Shown: positions 38,995 to 53,379, numbered from the stretch's first letter. The stretch: 64,000 nt of DNA from Massalongia carnosa (GCA_965645245.1 OZ287068.1:558001-622000), one strand, 5' to 3'. A program made the numbers and translations. Notes: generated by a model not told the origin, from the letters alone.

Positions 38995-39979
38995 TTTTAA
39001 AGATAAATTGTCCTTTTTGCCCTTAAAAATCTTAAATGTTAACAAAATCCAAAACAGCAATGCGATAATATTCTGGATATTTGTTCATTCAACCACACAT
39101 CGTACTTCTCAAGGATTGGCCAATAAAATGAAATTTATATATGCCTTTCCCAGCTAGATATATAGAGTTTAGAATGTCTATTTTCGTAACATTGTTTCTT
39201 GTTCCTGAAGGATCGTGGCCATGACGCCATAGCTGCACACAACCAGCTAGTATAGATGCTCATTTAAATTCGTTCTAGCTTCGCCGTTGACTCTGTCGGC
39301 AACGTGCGCAAACGAAATATCCGAGATAGTTATCCTTAACATTATCTTAGATAATTTTGGAATGGCTACAGGAAAGATTTCGTTTTGCATGATAGTCCCC
39401 TTAGGAAAAGAGAAAGAAGAAAAACTTCAGATGAGCTTTTTCTGATATGGATAATAACCGTGGAAGAGTAATGTAACCGGATTTTCCGGGATAACTCCCT
39501 AGAAAAGAGACGACAACCGAGAAACTAGGAAATTTTTGTGAGAAATATAAGCAAAAAAGAAGGGATGGAAGATAAAACCGAGTGGAGCAACGTGCAGCCG
39601 AGGCGTTTATTTGATTGTTGTAAAATAAGCTAACTAAATATGGTTACAGAGTAGCATGAGGTGCTATTTTAAAATAAAAACCTGCTCCGTGTTGAGCTCT
39701 ATTCCCCTTTTCGGGTTCCCACATACAACTAGCAACGCAATCTCATTCTTACAATCATGAGTCTAGCATCTCGGTGTCGTCCACATGACTTGCGCGATTC
39801 TCATCGAAATGGCTAAGGATGTTTCTGGATTAGCTGTGATTGCCCTTTCGCTGAGGCTATTATCTTCCTACCTGGAACTAGCATCAGGACCCACACCGCA
39901 GTGCTGAGAATACGCATGATTATCAAAGCTGTGGATGTTAGTTTGACTATTCTTATGAAGGCTTGCTTAGGCCTTTCAC

Positions 39980-40831
39980 TTACTTTCTTGTCTCGTGTGC
40001 TGAATCTCCGTGAGACTGAAATAATTTGGCTTGCTTCTTGGTTACCGAGCCTTGAAGTTTTACTCCCGAGGCTGTTGGATGATCAAACCATCGAAGCCCG
40101 AGTGGGTTGCCGTTTCTTCGAACGCAATCTGGAAAATGCCTTCGGACAGTGTAGAGCCGAGAATATCGTTGGTTACAGATTGGGCACACATGTTTGAACG
40201 TCATTCGTTTCTTTTTTTTATCCGGCATTTCGACCCCATGAGGGTTGCCATGTAACTCTACACACTCTGGAAAATGTTTCTTTGTTTTCTCCAGAGAGCA
40301 AAACTGGACCTTACAAATTGGACACGGAAATCGCCTTGGTGAAGGTATGCTGTCTCGTTCATACCATTGGATACCCAAAGGATTACCGTGTCTTGTCACA
40401 CAGTCGGCAAAATGTCTATGCACGATATACCGTCTTGAAAAATGTTTCTTGCACAAAGGGCACACGTGATTGAAGTGCGCTCGCTTGTCTTGTCGCTCTT
40501 GTTGCACTCGAGTTGCAAGAGCTTCTGCATCTGCACCTGGTACAGGGTTTGACAGGTTTTGTGCCATCATGTCTGCAGCCGGAGTTGATAATTGAGGGTC
40601 GATAAGTGTTTGACCTGAGACCTTATGTGCATTCGACGGTACAGTGTATGCTGAAGGTACGATGTTGGACTGTTGATATTCTACAGCTTGCTCTAGTGAT
40701 AAGGCAGAGTGTGAAAATTTGATCGTTAGTGGTGTATCTGTGATCATATCCTGGCTGATCTTTGACAGGGAACCATCGTCCCACGATAAAACAATTCCTA
40801 ACCATTTAGGTTCCTCAGGAAGGCAATCCAT
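39980..40831 (-). CDS. Protein with three C2HC-type zinc-finger repeats (CPxC…HFxxC…GNPxG)
   Basis: Intronless 283-aa ORF with three Cys/His repeats, each followed by GNPxG. Confidence 0.7.
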   Translation of the reverse strand: MDCLPEEPKWLGIVLSWDDGSLSKISQDMITDTPLTIKFSHSALSLEQAVEYQQSNIVPSAYTVPSNAHKVSGQTLIDPQLSTPAADMMAQNLSNPVPGADAEALATRVQQERQDKRAHFNHVCPLCKKHFSRRYIVHRHFADCVTRHGNPLGIQWYERDSIPSPRRFPCPICKVQFCSLEKTKKHFPECVELHGNPHGVEMPDKKKKRMTFKHVCPICNQRYSRLYTVRRHFPDCVRRNGNPLGLRWFDHPTASGVKLQGSVTKKQAKLFQSHGDSAHETRK

Positions 40832-42596
40832 GAAGTTTCACTGTTTATGAGAACTAAATAGTAAAGTTGGTTGAGGAGCCACTAATATTCTTATGACTTA
40901 GAACCGGAGGCACAAGTAATCTAGTGGCTTAGAAGGGAAAGCATTAGCTTTCTGAGGAGCTTGAAGAAGAAAAAAAAAAGGTCTCTGATGTTTTGAAAGT
41001 GGTGATACCTGCTTTGTTTTCGCTCAAAAGATGAAGCACTAACGTTCTAATTGCGTACTAAGAAGAAAATGCCGGCTTATGGTATCCAAATTGGAGTACC
41101 GACTTTTCGATGAGCTTTAAGGAGAAATACCAGCTCCTGAAAATTTCAAACGAGGCAACAGTTGCTGTATGGTCAGCCTAACAAGCAACCACCAAGTTCT
41201 CAATCCCCGTGGAGAAAAATAACGTATTACAATGTTCAAAATGATGACGCTCCAGCGTCGTAATGCTGTAGAAGAAGACCCTTTGACTTTAAGATGATTT
41301 GGAAAGAGGAAGCCTCAGTTGCTCGGTGTCTTGAAGGATTATGTGCTAGCTTTGTTGTTCGTTATGAGTATTTGCAATTATCCGCGACTAGGACTGAACT
41401 GAAATTATATAATAGAATGTGCGTAGTGAATCCTCTAGTTTGACACTATCTTCGCTTAACCAGGTCATGAGAATTTGATCAGTTATGAGGACTTTGTGTT
41501 CAATGTAGGCTAATGTGATGCCGGCTCTAAAGTTGGTGAATGACCTGCCTATAAGATTCATTTCACGAATTTCTTTTCTAGGTCCAACACATGAAGGAAT
41601 AACTCATAATGAGTAATCGATGATGAGATCGGATACGTATCCTAAAATGGTGAGAACCTATGGAATATCTCTTGTACCTTGCATTCTGCCTTAATCTTAG
41701 TGCTTTTATGTGCTTTTGATATTCTTATTTTTTGAACGCTAGTGCTGCAGACATAACTCATCTACCAACATTTTTAGGCTCTCAAATGAGAATCAAATAG
41801 ATAGGGCTCTTTAGTAAGCCATCAATAGACCTGTAGACCTTTTGAATGGTGAGAAGATGAGAATCAATAGACGAAAAAGGGCTGACCGGAGCTTTTGTGA
41901 GAAATCCTACGCTATCCTATCTTTCAACCTCATGAACTCGACTCCAATTACCACATGATCTCAAAGGAAGACGACATTACCTCTTCAGGTGAATGCCCTT
42001 TTCTTGTCTCGCCATTCAATTCCATTCCTTTACTTCAAGAAAGGCACCTGACAACGTTTTTCAGCCACTGCTGTTAAGTAGCTTGAATAAGATTATATAG
42101 AAATAGGCTTTACTGTGTGTTATAGGGGACTGATGTTCAAATATATAAGAAGACATTGATTGCCTCTCCTATCTCGTTCGTCAACATCCTTACTTTGTAC
42201 ACAGAGTACGGAGTACCTTCATCACATAAACTTTTACGCTGGACGTTTATTCATAGCAGCAATTTAGCTGATAGATAAATAAGACAACTAAATGTTATTA
42301 GATTGACCTTGGCATACTAAGTTGAAGTTTACAGGCTGAATAACTGTAGATGCAACGTAGCGGTAATAGAGTTTAAGCAGCCCCTGAGATAGCCGCCAAA
42401 ATAGAATACAATACGTATTTGATACACTAGCAGGAAATACTATCATTTTCTCCCTGCACCAGGTATTGCGAGGCTACCACTAGGTACACCACGAAGAATA
42501 TAGGGACTTTGACTTAAGTTGAATGCATCAATGTTAAACTTAGTCCATCGAACCTTCAACATAGCTTCAGGTCTCGAGAGCAGATCTCAAGACGAA

Positions 42597-44452
<1,856 letters not shown>

Positions 44453-45588
44453 AACAGCGCTTTGATGGTGTGTTGATATGGTTGCACATAGGTATGCGAT
44501 AGTGACATTAAGGAGGAGCTAAAAAGAGTTCAAGAGCATATAGAATTCCGGTTCTTTTTGCACAATACTAATAGCTAGATAATCATAAAGGGGAAGAAGG
44601 GACGTTTTAGATCCGCCATATGACTGTTTTTGTAGTTGCGAATCCATCATTGGCTTGTATCCAAATACGTCTCGTTTTATGGCATGGCAAGAGCTTCATC
44701 GCAATTCTTTGGCTCGCTTTTTATACATACTCCCCCATCCCTTTATGACTATTTGTTTGCCAGCAATGCTTTACATAGGCATACATATATACTTAAGTAG
44801 GGTCCTAAGAAGGAAGGAAATACCTAGCTCCCGTTCTAAGTCGTAGACTATGTTTTTGTAAGGGTGTATGTTGCTTGTGAAAGAAGGGGAAAGGAAGATC
44901 CCCCTTCCGTTCCCTGGTAGGTAGGCGGATGTGTGTATGTATAGGTAAGGTACTCGATCTACATATCAGGTACCTTCCTACCTAGCAACCAATCCAACCC
45001 AAGCAAAAAGCATTTACGATCATAACCATATTAATCTCCCCTTCCCCCCTTTATCCTCAGACCTGCGTATCATGTACAAAAAGCGACTGACCGACCGTAC
45101 CAACCGCCAACCATCTCCACGCACGAGGCTTTCGGGTCTGTACTCGCATTCACATTCACATCCACAAGGTAAGCATCGTAACGGTATGAGTAAAGCCCCG
45201 TGTCCGGTTACATAGGTATCTATCGTACAATGCTGCCACCACCGCTGAGATAGCAAAAGCCCGAAAAATCACGTGCACGGAGGTCCACAACAGCCGGATG
45301 CCGGCGACAACGTTAATGGTGGACGGTATGCTATCCACGAGCCACCGCCCGTCTGGGTATCATTACCATAAAGCGCTCGTTGGTACTCCATGATCCTGCA
45401 CCTGTGTAAAAACTGCAGTTATTGCGGCTCCCCGAGCCCCTGAAAATACATACCGTTCGGAGTCAACAAGAGATGCAACGCAGTCCACGTTGATTCCATA
45501 CGACCATTGACTCAACAATCAATTGCAACCAGCAAACTCTACATGTTTGTCCTTTCCATTTGTAAGCCCTATCTCGCACCTTAGTTCC

Positions 45589-47475
45589 CTACCAACCTTC
45601 ATCCTCCTCCTCGTCGTCATCTTCCCCAAGTAAATCCCGCCTCTCTGCCCTCCTCGCAAGCCTCCTTCCCGCCTCTCCCACCAGTCCCCAGTTCTCCTGA
45701 TCCTCCGATTCCATCATTCTCCTCCTTGTCGGCGTCACCCGTTGAGAATTTGCACGTGATCGCCTGTTCCCAACTGGTGCCGTCTGCACCATTATGCCAA
45801 TACCACTGCCAGCGCTGCCCGGCATTTGCGCCGACATAGCGGGGAGGCCATTGCGTGGGAGGCGCGCTGGGGTTTGAGGCTGCGAGGCGGCAGGGAGGCG
45901 GTCGTTGTAAACTGCAAGGCGGCGAGGAGTGGGAGAGGGGGTGGAGTAGGGAGTTGTAGCTGGAGGGGAGGGTGGAGGAGACGGTGGGGAGGAGGAATTG
46001 ACCAAGTTGAATGAGACGGTACGGGGGGTGGCGGAGAATGGGTAAGGGGGTAGCGGCGAAGGGAGAACCGAGGCGTTGGGGCGACGCCGACGATGGCTTG
46101 GAAGGGATGGTAATGTATATGGGCTCTCCGTGTGATGGGAGGATGCCGGGGAAGAGTTGAGGCGGGGGTTTGGCGATAAGGTAATCGATTCTTGGTGATA
46201 GTAATTGTTTAGTTCTGTAGATGATGACTGCGGATATGTTGATAAGGTTTTTTGGAGGGGTTCCTCTATGGATAGACGCTCGACTGAGTCAGGCCTGGTA
46301 GACGGCAGCGATGCTTCTGAGCTACTGTAAGGGTAATTATCGCTGCGAGATATGTATGTCGTTTTGTGGCTACGGCGGCGCGAAGATTGAGAGAGGGGCC
46401 CATAGGCGTCGTCAATACAATCGTCGTCGGAGTTGGTGGATGGATACGGGCGCTTTTCCGGAGAACTCGAGGCTGCGGCTTGTGACATGTAGAGTGGAGA
46501 GCGTGGAAGACCGCTACATCGGCGACGGATATTGTCCACAGTACGAGGTAAGGGTACCTGCGGGGATGGGGATTGATTGACGGATTCATCGATTATAGAA
46601 GCAGATTCCGCTCTACTAGATCTTCCGATTAGTCCTGGCCCACCAATGCCAGGCATGTAGAGATGATTGTGTGAGATGTCGTAATCAAAATCCACCTCGA
46701 CAACTGCGCAGCAATCCTTTTGGGGATCGGAACTTGGATCAGAAGTACCATCTAACTCTATAAGATTGGGGGGTTGAGATAACTCCATCGAATGCTGTTC
46801 CAGCTTGGGAGATCTATGAAATCTTTCGTTGTAGGATAACCTCGATGATGACCGGATAGGCAGAACAAATTGAAGGGATCCTTCAAGGAAATTATCGCCA
46901 GTAGGTACTTCTTCGCTTTCTTCGTTCGCTTCAGATGAACTTTGTGGGTCAGGAAACATAGAATATTCTAACCGAGAAATAGTCTCACTCCCGTCATCCG
47001 AGATTTGAATCTGGGTATCTTCAGAATGATTTACATGATCTTCTGGAGAATCGGAGTAGTCTTCTTCGATAGAGGCCTTGGAAGACCGGGTCATGCCCTG
47101 AGAGTCGCAAGACTGCTCTACGATTCGAGGGCGTCTCCCCACATTCTGGACTAGAATCTCTGAAGGTCTTGTAGCTTCGCCTGTGAAACTTTTATAAAAA
47201 CTTTTAGGATCCTGGGCGGTTGATTCCGTGAAAACAAAGGCCTCGTCAGTGTTGTTGCTTATGTCTGGCATTTTGGTCGAAGGAGAATGCAGAAAGCGGT
47301 GCGGTATGGCAACTTTTAATCTCTCTGGCGTTTCGAGAAAAGGCTTTACCGGCGAGCCAATAAATTCAACTTGTAAGCCATTATTACGCAGGTTTTGTCG
47401 AGCTGCGTGGCGTTCGGAATGCCATGTCAAGTCTTTGGAGCCAATACCGATCTTTGTCGGGGCTAAACGCAGCAT
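45589..47475 (-). CDS. Ser/Pro-rich disordered protein with Cdc26-like N-terminal motif
   Basis: Intronless 628-aa ORF. N-terminus MLRLAPTKIGIGSKDL; short C-terminal motifs VYNDRLPAASQPQTP and DQEN. Confidence 0.7.
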   Translation of the reverse strand: MLRLAPTKIGIGSKDLTWHSERHAARQNLRNNGLQVEFIGSPVKPFLETPERLKVAIPHRFLHSPSTKMPDISNNTDEAFVFTESTAQDPKSFYKSFTGEATRPSEILVQNVGRRPRIVEQSCDSQGMTRSSKASIEEDYSDSPEDHVNHSEDTQIQISDDGSETISRLEYSMFPDPQSSSEANEESEEVPTGDNFLEGSLQFVLPIRSSSRLSYNERFHRSPKLEQHSMELSQPPNLIELDGTSDPSSDPQKDCCAVVEVDFDYDISHNHLYMPGIGGPGLIGRSSRAESASIIDESVNQSPSPQVPLPRTVDNIRRRCSGLPRSPLYMSQAAASSSPEKRPYPSTNSDDDCIDDAYGPLSQSSRRRSHKTTYISRSDNYPYSSSEASLPSTRPDSVERLSIEEPLQKTLSTYPQSSSTELNNYYHQESITLSPNPRLNSSPASSHHTESPYTLPSLPSHRRRRPNASVLPSPLPPYPFSATPRTVSFNLVNSSSPPSPPPSPPATTPYSTPSPTPRRLAVYNDRLPAASQPQTPARLPRNGLPAMSAQMPGSAGSGIGIMVQTAPVGNRRSRANSQRVTPTRRRMMESEDQENWGLVGEAGRRLARRAERRDLLGEDDDEEEDEGW

Positions 47476-48253
47476 GGTTGGGACAAATGCTATAATAACA
47501 TGAAATAACCATTGAAAAGAAAAAGAAAAAGGGCAACTCCTTCATCGCTCGCCCTTGGACAGTTTTTATGCTGCTTAACAAAGACTGCTACATGAATACA
47601 TCAGCAACGGAAGCTGCAACCCAAAAGAAGCACGGCCCAGTACACATTGTGCATTATCCCTCTAAATTCTTCCTCCACTGAGAAACGAAGACTACAATGC
47701 CCCGCATACAGATGGAACTCCATAGACGAGAAGACAGAGAAACACCGTTCTCATCCGCTGGTGTTAGTGAAATGCTTGTTATAAATCTATATGAAGTGTT
47801 TGAGATCTGTACAATACCGTTGATGCCATCGGGGTTGATTGAAGCAGAGTTCTAGGCCATAACACACCTCTGGGCAGGATGCCCATGGTGGCAACTTCAA
47901 TGTCAGTGTTGGGGAAGAACCACAAGGAGGAAGAAAGGAGGAGATGACAAGCAGGAAACTACTGTCTACATGAAATAAACAACGCTAATGACTAATACGA
48001 GTGCGAATACGAGATCTTATATACGAGTGCCGAGTGACGACTCATAAGCTGGCACTATCTGGTCACTCGTTACTCTCTCCGTCACCCTCTCTACTCATTC
48101 CCTTAGCAAGGCCACCTTTTTAATACCTAGAACCAATAGTGTCCACTTCCTAAAAATCAATGCATTCATATATCCATTCAGTATGAGGGTCACATTCCAT
48201 AATGTCCGAGCGCAGAATTTCCTTTAACTTCACCAACGAAAGCGGATTGTGTT

Positions 48254-50956
48254 ATGGACGGAGACTTGAGTCTTTCCCAGTCTTTTGGGGGTCTGCGGAT
48301 TGCAAACCCTGACGGACTATCCCCAGTCTCCTCCATTGAATTGAATCTAGCACGATCATTATCACCACTATCGGAGACGGATTCGCCTCAGGACAACACA
48401 GATAAGTTATCAAGCTCACAAATATCGTCAACAATACCCACAAATGGCGCTGTGCGACCACAATCTCCGTTAGGGTACAACTCTAGCTCCGTTTTAGTAG
48501 ATGTAGTGTCAAGCAGAGCTCAAGGATCATCAGAGAAACTACCACTTACTCCTTCAAAAGAACGTACATCGTATGCTCAGCGGCAGTCTAACCGTCAATC
48601 AATACCCTTAACATACCAAGATCAACAACAAGCCCAATTCCCACAATACCCTACTATGATGCCTTTGAGTCAACGGCATCCAGGGTCTACCGCACGCCCA
48701 GCATCTACCATTTACTCTCAAATAGCATCTAGTGGTGGAGACTTAGCACCAAAAGAAGGATCGTATCGACTTCGAAGCGAATCCTCGCGCTCGTCAGCTC
48801 AGGCAATGCCTCAGAGGAGTAGCTCCAGAGGGGCAGCGCCGGCCATGCAAGCAGGCGTACCAATAAGAGATGGAAGCTACATGGACCGCTCTTATAGACA
48901 AAGCCCCCATGCTTACAACGGAAACGGAACATTACCTCCACGTAGCAGTTCTCAGGGAATCGGAGTTAGTCAAGCGAATGGCTCGCGGGGATTTTTACCT
49001 CCACTCTCCTTAGGGTCTCCCTATGGTCTAGAAGACGGACCGTTAGTGAGCAGTGAAGAATGGCAAGAGAAAGGGGCCGCTGTCCGTGTACGAGAGGAGT
49101 TAGATCGGAACGGGCAAACAGTGCTAAGATCTGTGAAGAAAGGGGTCAAAGACTTTCATTTCGGGAGAACCCTTGGCGAAGGTTCATACAGTACCGTCAT
49201 AGCGGCTACCGACCGACAAAACCTGCATGAATACGCCATCAAAGTGCTTGACAAGAGGCATATTATAAAGGAGAAGAAAGTAAAATACGTGAATATTGAG
49301 AAAGACACTCTTAACAAACTCACAGAACACCCTGGTATCGTGCGGCTGTACTACACATTTCAGGACCAGCAATCATTATATTTTGTTCTCGATCTTGCTA
49401 GTGGTGGAGAACTTTTAGGGGTATTGAAGCGAATGACCACCTTTGATGAAGAATGTACCAGATTTTACGCCGCAGAAATTCTAGACACTGTAGATTACAT
49501 GCATGCACAAGGAATTATTCATCGGGACTTGAAGCCAGAGAACGTTCTTCTCGACGATAAAATGCATGTCAAGATTACAGATTTTGGGACGGCCAAAATG
49601 CTGGATGCCCCACAAAAGGATACAAACGGCATAAGAAACGCTGGGCTTGATCAACCTCCGGATGTAACGGCCAATGATCGAGCAAGCTCTTTTGTGGGGA
49701 CCGCCGAGTATGTTAGCCCGGAACTTCTTAATCACAAGGGCGCATGTAAAGCCAGCGATCTTTGGGCGCTTGGTTGTATTATATATCAATTACTCGTGGG
49801 AAGACCTCCCTTCAAGGCAGCGAACGAGTTCCTTACGTTTCAAAAAATATTAGCCCTTGACTACACCTTTCCCCCTGGGTTCCCAGATGTGGCAAGGGAC
49901 CTTGTGGAGAGGTTACTTGTGCCGGACCCCTCAAGACGTCTCTCCATTCATCATATTAAGAATCACCAATTTTTTGATGGAATCACTTGGGGCCCTAGTT
50001 TGTGGAAGCAAAAGGCACCGCGATTGAAGAGTTTTGTACCGCTTTCCCAAGACTCTCCAAAGTCTAATGGTCATCCGAATGGTAACGCTTCGAGTTTTCC
50101 ACCCAACATCTCTACCTCCCATAGTACTGCACCAACGCGCTTTGATGGAGCTGTCAGCAATGGTGCATCAAGAGCAGGTCCGAGACTTATCACTGAGCTC
50201 CCCCCCCCTTCTCAACTAGATATTGCTTGGTCCCCAGTATTAACAAAAACGAACGAGAGGATCCTGAAGCTCGGGAACCTCCTAGTCTTATCCTCCCCTG
50301 CCCTTCACAGCCCCAGTAATAAGAACGGTGTGCCAGGCAGCGATACTGACACCCCTAAAAAATTCTCACGGTTTTTTGGGAGCAGCGCCCCTAAGAAACG
50401 TCAACGTCTCGTCATGGTCACCTCAAGCGCTCGCATTGTTATCGCAGCGGCTGGTGGTGAGGAGAAGAAAGCAAAGGCAGAAATCGCATTACTAAGCGAT
50501 GGTTGTGGATGGAGAACCATGCAGGATCCGAAGGGCCTAACGTACTGGTGCGTTGATACGGTAAGTGTTGGTACTCATATAATTCGTGTAACTCAATCTA
50601 AACTTTCATTCCAGCAAGATAAGCACATTACGTTCGAAGACCCTAAGTCCGCATCCTCAGACGGGTCTGCCACCACAGCCATGGCCCAAGAATGGCTTGC
50701 CACCCTTGAGACCGCTCGCGAAATGGCTATTTCGCAAAGCATTTCCATGTCCGCCACCGGCGACGAAGTTTTTCGCGACCTGCAATCCGGCATCTCCAAC
50801 GCCCCGCGCAACCTTGACTTAGACTCTCCTCCTGGAGATACCAGCAATCGACACGCGCTACAGAAGTACCCATCGTCAAACGATGTGGACTCACTCAAGG
50901 GCCGAAAACGCTTCAGCAAGAGGCAATCGAAGAACGGGCTCGCGGCCGTCTTTTGA
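48254..50956 (+). CDS. PKH1: PDK1-family Ser/Thr kinase (Pkh1/2, Ksg1) with PH-like C-terminus
   Basis: LGEGSYSTV, AIKVLDKRHIIKEKKVKYVNIEK, HRDLKPEN, DFGTAK, RASSFVGTAEYVSPE. In-frame intron 50561-50614. Confidence 0.95.
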   Translation: MDGDLSLSQSFGGLRIANPDGLSPVSSIELNLARSLSPLSETDSPQDNTDKLSSSQISSTIPTNGAVRPQSPLGYNSSSVLVDVVSSRAQGSSEKLPLTPSKERTSYAQRQSNRQSIPLTYQDQQQAQFPQYPTMMPLSQRHPGSTARPASTIYSQIASSGGDLAPKEGSYRLRSESSRSSAQAMPQRSSSRGAAPAMQAGVPIRDGSYMDRSYRQSPHAYNGNGTLPPRSSSQGIGVSQANGSRGFLPPLSLGSPYGLEDGPLVSSEEWQEKGAAVRVREELDRNGQTVLRSVKKGVKDFHFGRTLGEGSYSTVIAATDRQNLHEYAIKVLDKRHIIKEKKVKYVNIEKDTLNKLTEHPGIVRLYYTFQDQQSLYFVLDLASGGELLGVLKRMTTFDEECTRFYAAEILDTVDYMHAQGIIHRDLKPENVLLDDKMHVKITDFGTAKMLDAPQKDTNGIRNAGLDQPPDVTANDRASSFVGTAEYVSPELLNHKGACKASDLWALGCIIYQLLVGRPPFKAANEFLTFQKILALDYTFPPGFPDVARDLVERLLVPDPSRRLSIHHIKNHQFFDGITWGPSLWKQKAPRLKSFVPLSQDSPKSNGHPNGNASSFPPNISTSHSTAPTRFDGAVSNGASRAGPRLITELPPPSQLDIAWSPVLTKTNERILKLGNLLVLSSPALHSPSNKNGVPGSDTDTPKKFSRFFGSSAPKKRQRLVMVTSSARIVIAAAGGEEKKAKAEIALLSDGCGWRTMQDPKGLTYWCVDTVSVGTHIIRVTQSKLSFQQDKHITFEDPKSASSDGSATTAMAQEWLATLETAREMAISQSISMSATGDEVFRDLQSGISNAPRNLDLDSPPGDTSNRHALQKYPSSNDVDSLKGRKRFSKRQSKNGLAAVF

Positions 50957-52294
50957 GTCTGCTTGGTTTTATCAACCCTAACTCTGCTTGGAAGAAAAGA
51001 ATCCCCTTGTTGCTAGGAATCTCTCATCAACGTACCCCGGAAATTACAAGTATGAGCCACTTCAGCCTCAGAAATAGATAACCTTCTCCAGATATATTAA
51101 ATCCGCATCCCCGGCCCATTCCTTTGGAAGGCGGGGGTGCTACTCGAGACGAAATTGTTCACGCAGCGCCAGCTCTACGTTACATACTTTTTGCATTCTC
51201 ATAGGTGTTGATAATAAACCCTAAAAAACAAGGATGGGCGGGTAACAAGGCCCGGAAGGGAACGGAGGAGAATTCATAGCGCATGGAGTTTTTTGGGGGG
51301 CGTGGGCTAATGGCCCTACGCCATCACATCTCCCCTCGAACACGGTTTGTTCATGGGGGGAGCTGGAATTAGTCCCTGGGGGGGGAGGTGCAAAGGAAGA
51401 AGGAAAGGGGAAGGAGAGTTGCTTCTGTGTTTTTGTACTTGAGTAGACTTGAATGGGAGTCTAATCAGACCCCCCTTAATTAACGCTTATTTTCCAAAAT
51501 TGAAAGAGGTGAGCCCACCCGTTTTCTGAGATTATTCACTTTTAGTTTTCTAAAAAATTTCCTATTGTGGTTGAGTCTAGTTCATCAGCGATAATCGGGA
51601 TCGAAGACAATTTTTATGGGACTTGAATTCTTGCAGCGATCTAGCTTGGGGATTCTCATAGTTCTCTTTCTAGCCCCTCATCTCCTGGTTCTTTGATTTT
51701 TTTGGCCTAATTACTCTTTTTTTCCTTGACGAGAGGTTCATTTACCCGTATCTATGTATCTACATACATGCCACCTTCTTCGCCTACTTTTTGATATTGT
51801 AATATCTATTTTCTCGCGAACTCGTAGGATTGAAAAGGTCTAAGTATGTATGTAGTAGGTATGTAGATAGGGATGTCAGAAGAGGCAGATGAGTGGCTAT
51901 CTCTGTAATAGAATGAGAGAAGCGGTTTGGTATGTAGAGGAGGTGTGAGGTAAGGGAAGTAGCTTGGGGCAATAGTTTGTTTGGGGGTGGGAGTGTGAAA
52001 GGTGGTTTGTATCTGTAGAGCGGGTAGAGCGGGGGAGCGGGAAAGGGTTTGGTTTAGTTGTATTTTGTTTTTCTTATTCAAAAAAGAGAAAGGAGGATGA
52101 GGCGGCCGGGATGACTCCCGGGGGAGGCATGAAAAGGGTTGGATAGGGGGGGTGATTGGAGATCTAGAGAGTTTGTTTAGGGGTGAATGCGTGGCTGGCC
52201 AGTGTAGGGCGAGGAAGCGAGACTTTGTGTATTGGGTGGGGTGGGGTCCTGGAATGAAGGTGGAGATGGAGAGAGCAGGGAGGAAATATGAGAA

Positions 52295-52312
52295 GAGAGA
52301 GAGAGAGAGAGA
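52295..52312. repeat. (GA)9 microsatellite
   Basis: Read directly from the sequence. Confidence 0.85.
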
Positions 52313-52623
52313 CTAGGATTTTCACGCTCGCCTGTTGAAGTCGAATAGGCAGTTTTGCTATCTAGTTTGCTACTAGTATGCGTTCTATGACACCTTACTA
52401 GATAGTCCTGCGCTTCGGCGACGGGGCAGTTGAGGTGGTTGTTTTCTATGTATCAGTTTTTCCTGAGATAATTGAGTTGTTTGGTTGAAAACCCTTGCCC
52501 GCATGTCCCACCGTCACCAAAAATCATGAACTACCATATACCCTACATGCGCCTGAATGAACCTAGGGTGAAGGAAGATATAGAACACTCCTGGCGAGCT
52601 ATATCGATTCATCTTCGTCCATA

Positions 52624-53379
52624 TTACGGAGTATAGATGTTTCTGCAATTCCAGCATACGTTTGAGTTAAGCTAATCATTACTCCGCGTCAGCAACAATG
52701 TTTCACGAAACTTGGTTTTTGATTCCTCTCTGGTAGTAAAAGAAGAACTTACGATTTGAAAATCACAACAGAAACTTGCAAATGCCCAATCGCACTTTTC
52801 CAGCCTAGCATCCCCTTCACGCACAAATTAGCCAAACATGTCATCAAGAGCCCTTGCTAGAGAGCAGTCAGATAGGGTTGAGATTTACGGATTGATCTGG
52901 AAAAGAGACATACAAGGATCACAGCCCGTCTGTGCGATTCCACCCCCAATCTCCACCCCGATGCAGCAAAAGGGATCTTGTCTATCCTTGCACGTCCATC
53001 TTATAGCACTGGGTTGCAGAAATATGCCAGGATCGCGTGAGCCGCTGGCCTTGCCTGGGGTAAAAATACCTGAGTCCAAGTCATCAAGCTTGCCTAGTAC
53101 GTAAGAGCCTGGTTTTGAGCCATCGGCGCTGTTGCTACTTGAAAATATGATATCAGGCTCAGAGCCAACATGGTTCGCAGTAAAGGGCGTGAGACCGTCA
53201 ATTGGTAAACTTGGCTCCTGGTTGCCATTAAATTCATTGAGCCAGGGCGCGGCATCCACGTCACTGGACTTGGAGCCATCAATCGGTCCGCTATCTTCGT
53301 TATTGGCTGTCCAGCGGTCTGAAAAGGAGGAACCAATAGCGCTTGACAGGCTTGTGATTAAAACCAAGAACTTTCGCAT
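52624..53379 (-). CDS. Secreted cysteine-rich, hydrophobin-like protein (~191 aa)
   Basis: Signal peptide MRKFLVLITSLSSAIG. Exons 53379-52914, 52814-52753 and 52671-52624 splice in phase to give C-X7-CC-X13-C-X9-C-X7-CC-X9-C-X2-C. Confidence 0.7.

Noticed and set aside
45497..45510. CATACGACCAT resembling a 5S rRNA 5' end
   Set aside because: The match does not extend. No tRNA, rRNA or CRISPR array was recognised anywhere in the window.
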